From a virus (Duplodnaviria; Caudoviricetes), in IMG/VR virus record IMGVR_UViG_3300027740_000116, positions 1-45,570 of that record: a stretch of DNA of 45,570 nucleotides, one strand, 5' to 3'. The position numbers were made by a program, and so were the translations under genes. The notes below the pieces were generated by a model. That model worked only from the letters and a program-made list of their open reading frames with translations. It was not told the DNA's origin and made no database searches. Shown here piece by piece: positions 43,940 to 45,570 of this stretch. Each line of letters begins with the position of its first letter. Within the stretch, counting starts at the first letter, position 1.

Positions 43940-45570
43940 CTACCCTCCAAAATAAGTATAAGACCCAAGTGCTTTGATCGGCGACAACGGCGTCTCCTGC
44001 CGGCCCGTCTGCACCACGCCGCTGCTCACATTTGTATGCACCCGCGACCAGACGCGCGGGATATCCAGGACGGCGATGCAGACCGCGTCCAGCACATCCG
44101 CCTCCGGCTCGTCGTCGCCGAAATTCGGGTAGCGGTCCAGGGCGCTCTTGGCCAACCGCAGGAACTCGTCTGAATCGCTGTCGCCGGTCGGACCCTCCGC
44201 CAGGAGCAGGATGCCGTTGGAGAACAGCGGCTCCAGGAACTTGAACTGCCGGGCGATCTTCGACCCCGAGCCGATCTCGCTCACGCCATGGAAGTGGACG
44301 GCCAGTCCCACGTTGCGGGTCACGAACCCGATCGCGGTCGCGTCGATCGCTTTCTTGGCGGTGCCGGCTGCCCCGGCTGAGTTGCTCTCGATGGAGACGG
44401 CGCGCAGGTTGCGGTGAGTGCGGGCGAAGCTCGCCAGCGCCTGCTCGCCGATGTCGGAGGCGACCTTGCGGACATAGCCCCCGCCGATCACCAGGTTGTT
44501 GTACGGCGTCTCGTAGACGTTCCCGAAGGCGTAGTGCGACTTGCCCTTGCCCTTGCTGACGCCGGTCACGGAAGCGGTCGGGTCCACGCCGGTCGTGATG
44601 GGCCACTCGCCCCATTTGATCTCGGCGGTCGGAAAACTGCGATAGGCGTAACTGACCTCGCGCGCCGTTGTGTCATCCAGCAGGTACATCTGGTAGAACC
44701 TGCTGAGAGAGGCTTTGCAGATCTGGAACACGCGCGCCATCGGGTAGGCTTCCGGCCAGGTCAGTTTAATCTTCCTGCCCGCCCAGCCGCCGGTCGCAAT
44801 GACCTGCTCCTCGTAGACCACCGTGTCCGGCACCGTCTCCCCATCCGGACTCTCCACGAAGATCGGGATCTGGATCAGGTCGAACAGCCCCGTCTGCAGC
44901 AGCGCGTGGTACGCGTCGCGCGCCGAATCCCACGGCGTACACACACACGCCATGATCGGATGCCCCTGCGGCGTGAACCAGGTCGGGATAATATTCCCTT
45001 CCAGGATGCTCACGACCTTCTGCATCTCAGCCATGGAGCGCGTGTTGCGGTCATCGTGGAGGTCGTCGAAGTACATCCCATTCGTCGGGTGCCAGCCGAT
45101 GATCAGACCGCTTTCCACGCCGGCGCACATGATCGAGCTCTCCGTGGGATGGTCCGCCAGGCACATCTGCCGCCATTTGGCATAGCCGGCTTCGTAGCTG
45201 GGCGCGTCCGGCGTACCCGTCACATTTGTGTCGATGACGTTGTACCCCTTCTCGGAGGACCAGCCCGCCTTCTTGTCCGGGATCACGTTCGGAAACGACG
45301 CCTTCCAGCCGGTGTGCTTCTCGATGATCTCGGCGATCACATCGCCGGTCAACTGCGCCTTCGGGTCGTTGATCCTCACGAACCCCGTACTGCCAAGGGA
45401 ATTGATCCCCACCATCCAGACGACGAACAGCAGCAGGTCGGTGGACTTGCCGAAACCGCGCCACGCCTGCACCATCTTGCCCCGCTTCGTTTTGACCGAC
45501 TCGATCAACGCCTCCGCGATCGGGTAATGCGCCTGCGGATACTCACGCCGGTAGATACACCAGTAGAAGT
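43940..45570 (-). CDS. terL: Terminase large subunit, main part
   Basis: Walker A AWRGFGKST, Walker B MYFDDL, VCTPW, nuclease GVDP and DVLDA; frame open to the window end. Confidence 0.9.
   Translation of the reverse strand, partial: FYWCIYRREYPQAHYPIAEALIESVKTKRGKMVQAWRGFGKSTDLLLFVVWMVGINSLGSTGFVRINDPKAQLTGDVIAEIIEKHTGWKASFPNVIPDKKAGWSSEKGYNVIDTNVTGTPDAPSYEAGYAKWRQMCLADHPTESSIMCAGVESGLIIGWHPTNGMYFDDLHDDRNTRSMAEMQKVVSILEGNIIPTWFTPQGHPIMACVCTPWDSARDAYHALLQTGLFDLIQIPIFVESPDGETVPDTVVYEEQVIATGGWAGRKIKLTWPEAYPMARVFQICKASLSRFYQMYLLDDTTAREVSYAYRSFPTAEIKWGEWPITTGVDPTASVTGVSKGKGKSHYAFGNVYETPYNNLVIGGGYVRKVASDIGEQALASFARTHRNLRAVSIESNSAGAAGTAKKAIDATAIGFVTRNVGLAVHFHGVSEIGSGSKIARQFKFLEPLFSNGILLLAEGPTGDSDSDEFLRLAKSALDRYPNFGDDEPEADVLDAVCIAVLDIPRVWSRVHTNVSSGVVQTGRQETPLSPIKALGSYTYFGG

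Noticed and set aside
41363-44173. 936-aa plus-strand ORF and other long plus-strand ORFs at 35.7-41.2 kb
   Set aside because: Antisense shadows of GC-rich portal and virion genes, with no recognisable motifs

Overview
The window is an apparently complete, circularly permuted ~45.6-kb temperate dsDNA tailed phage genome. The large-terminase gene is split across the ends: its N-terminus at 196..1 reads in frame into 45570..43940, and the window starts and ends with AGAAGT. Almost all genes are on the minus strand. Virion module: TerS-like, TerL, portal, LysM protein, 1812-aa putative ejection protein, scaffold, major capsid, beta-helix protein, glycosyltransferase, methyltransferase, and short-tail adaptor/nozzle/fibre-like proteins; no tape measure, tube or sheath is recognisable, so podovirus-like morphology is inferred. 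Early module: divergent promoter/HTH switch at ~24.05 kb, initiator-type tRNA-Met, Gp3-like recombination protein, DUF5131, DnaD-type initiator with internal iterons, DNA methyltransferase and DnaC-like loader. These are followed by small accessory and membrane genes, a holin/GH25 lysis cassette, an endonuclease VII-like gene, a defective IS1595 derivative with intact ends, and a plus-strand Xis-like/GIY-YIG/tyrosine recombinase unit. Most notable observations: (1) a dense two-orientation array of a TGCCAACA(CTTT) motif written into four adjacent membrane, DNA-binding-like and lipoprotein genes; (2) accessory genes that look like integron attC cassettes inserted at secondary sites, with the ORF reading through the attC hairpin; (3) a methyltransferase with three tandem SPP(Y/F) modules; (4) a candidate antisense sRNA. 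A Chloroflexota-like host is an unverified impression. All family assignments come from motif recognition by eye, not from database searches.
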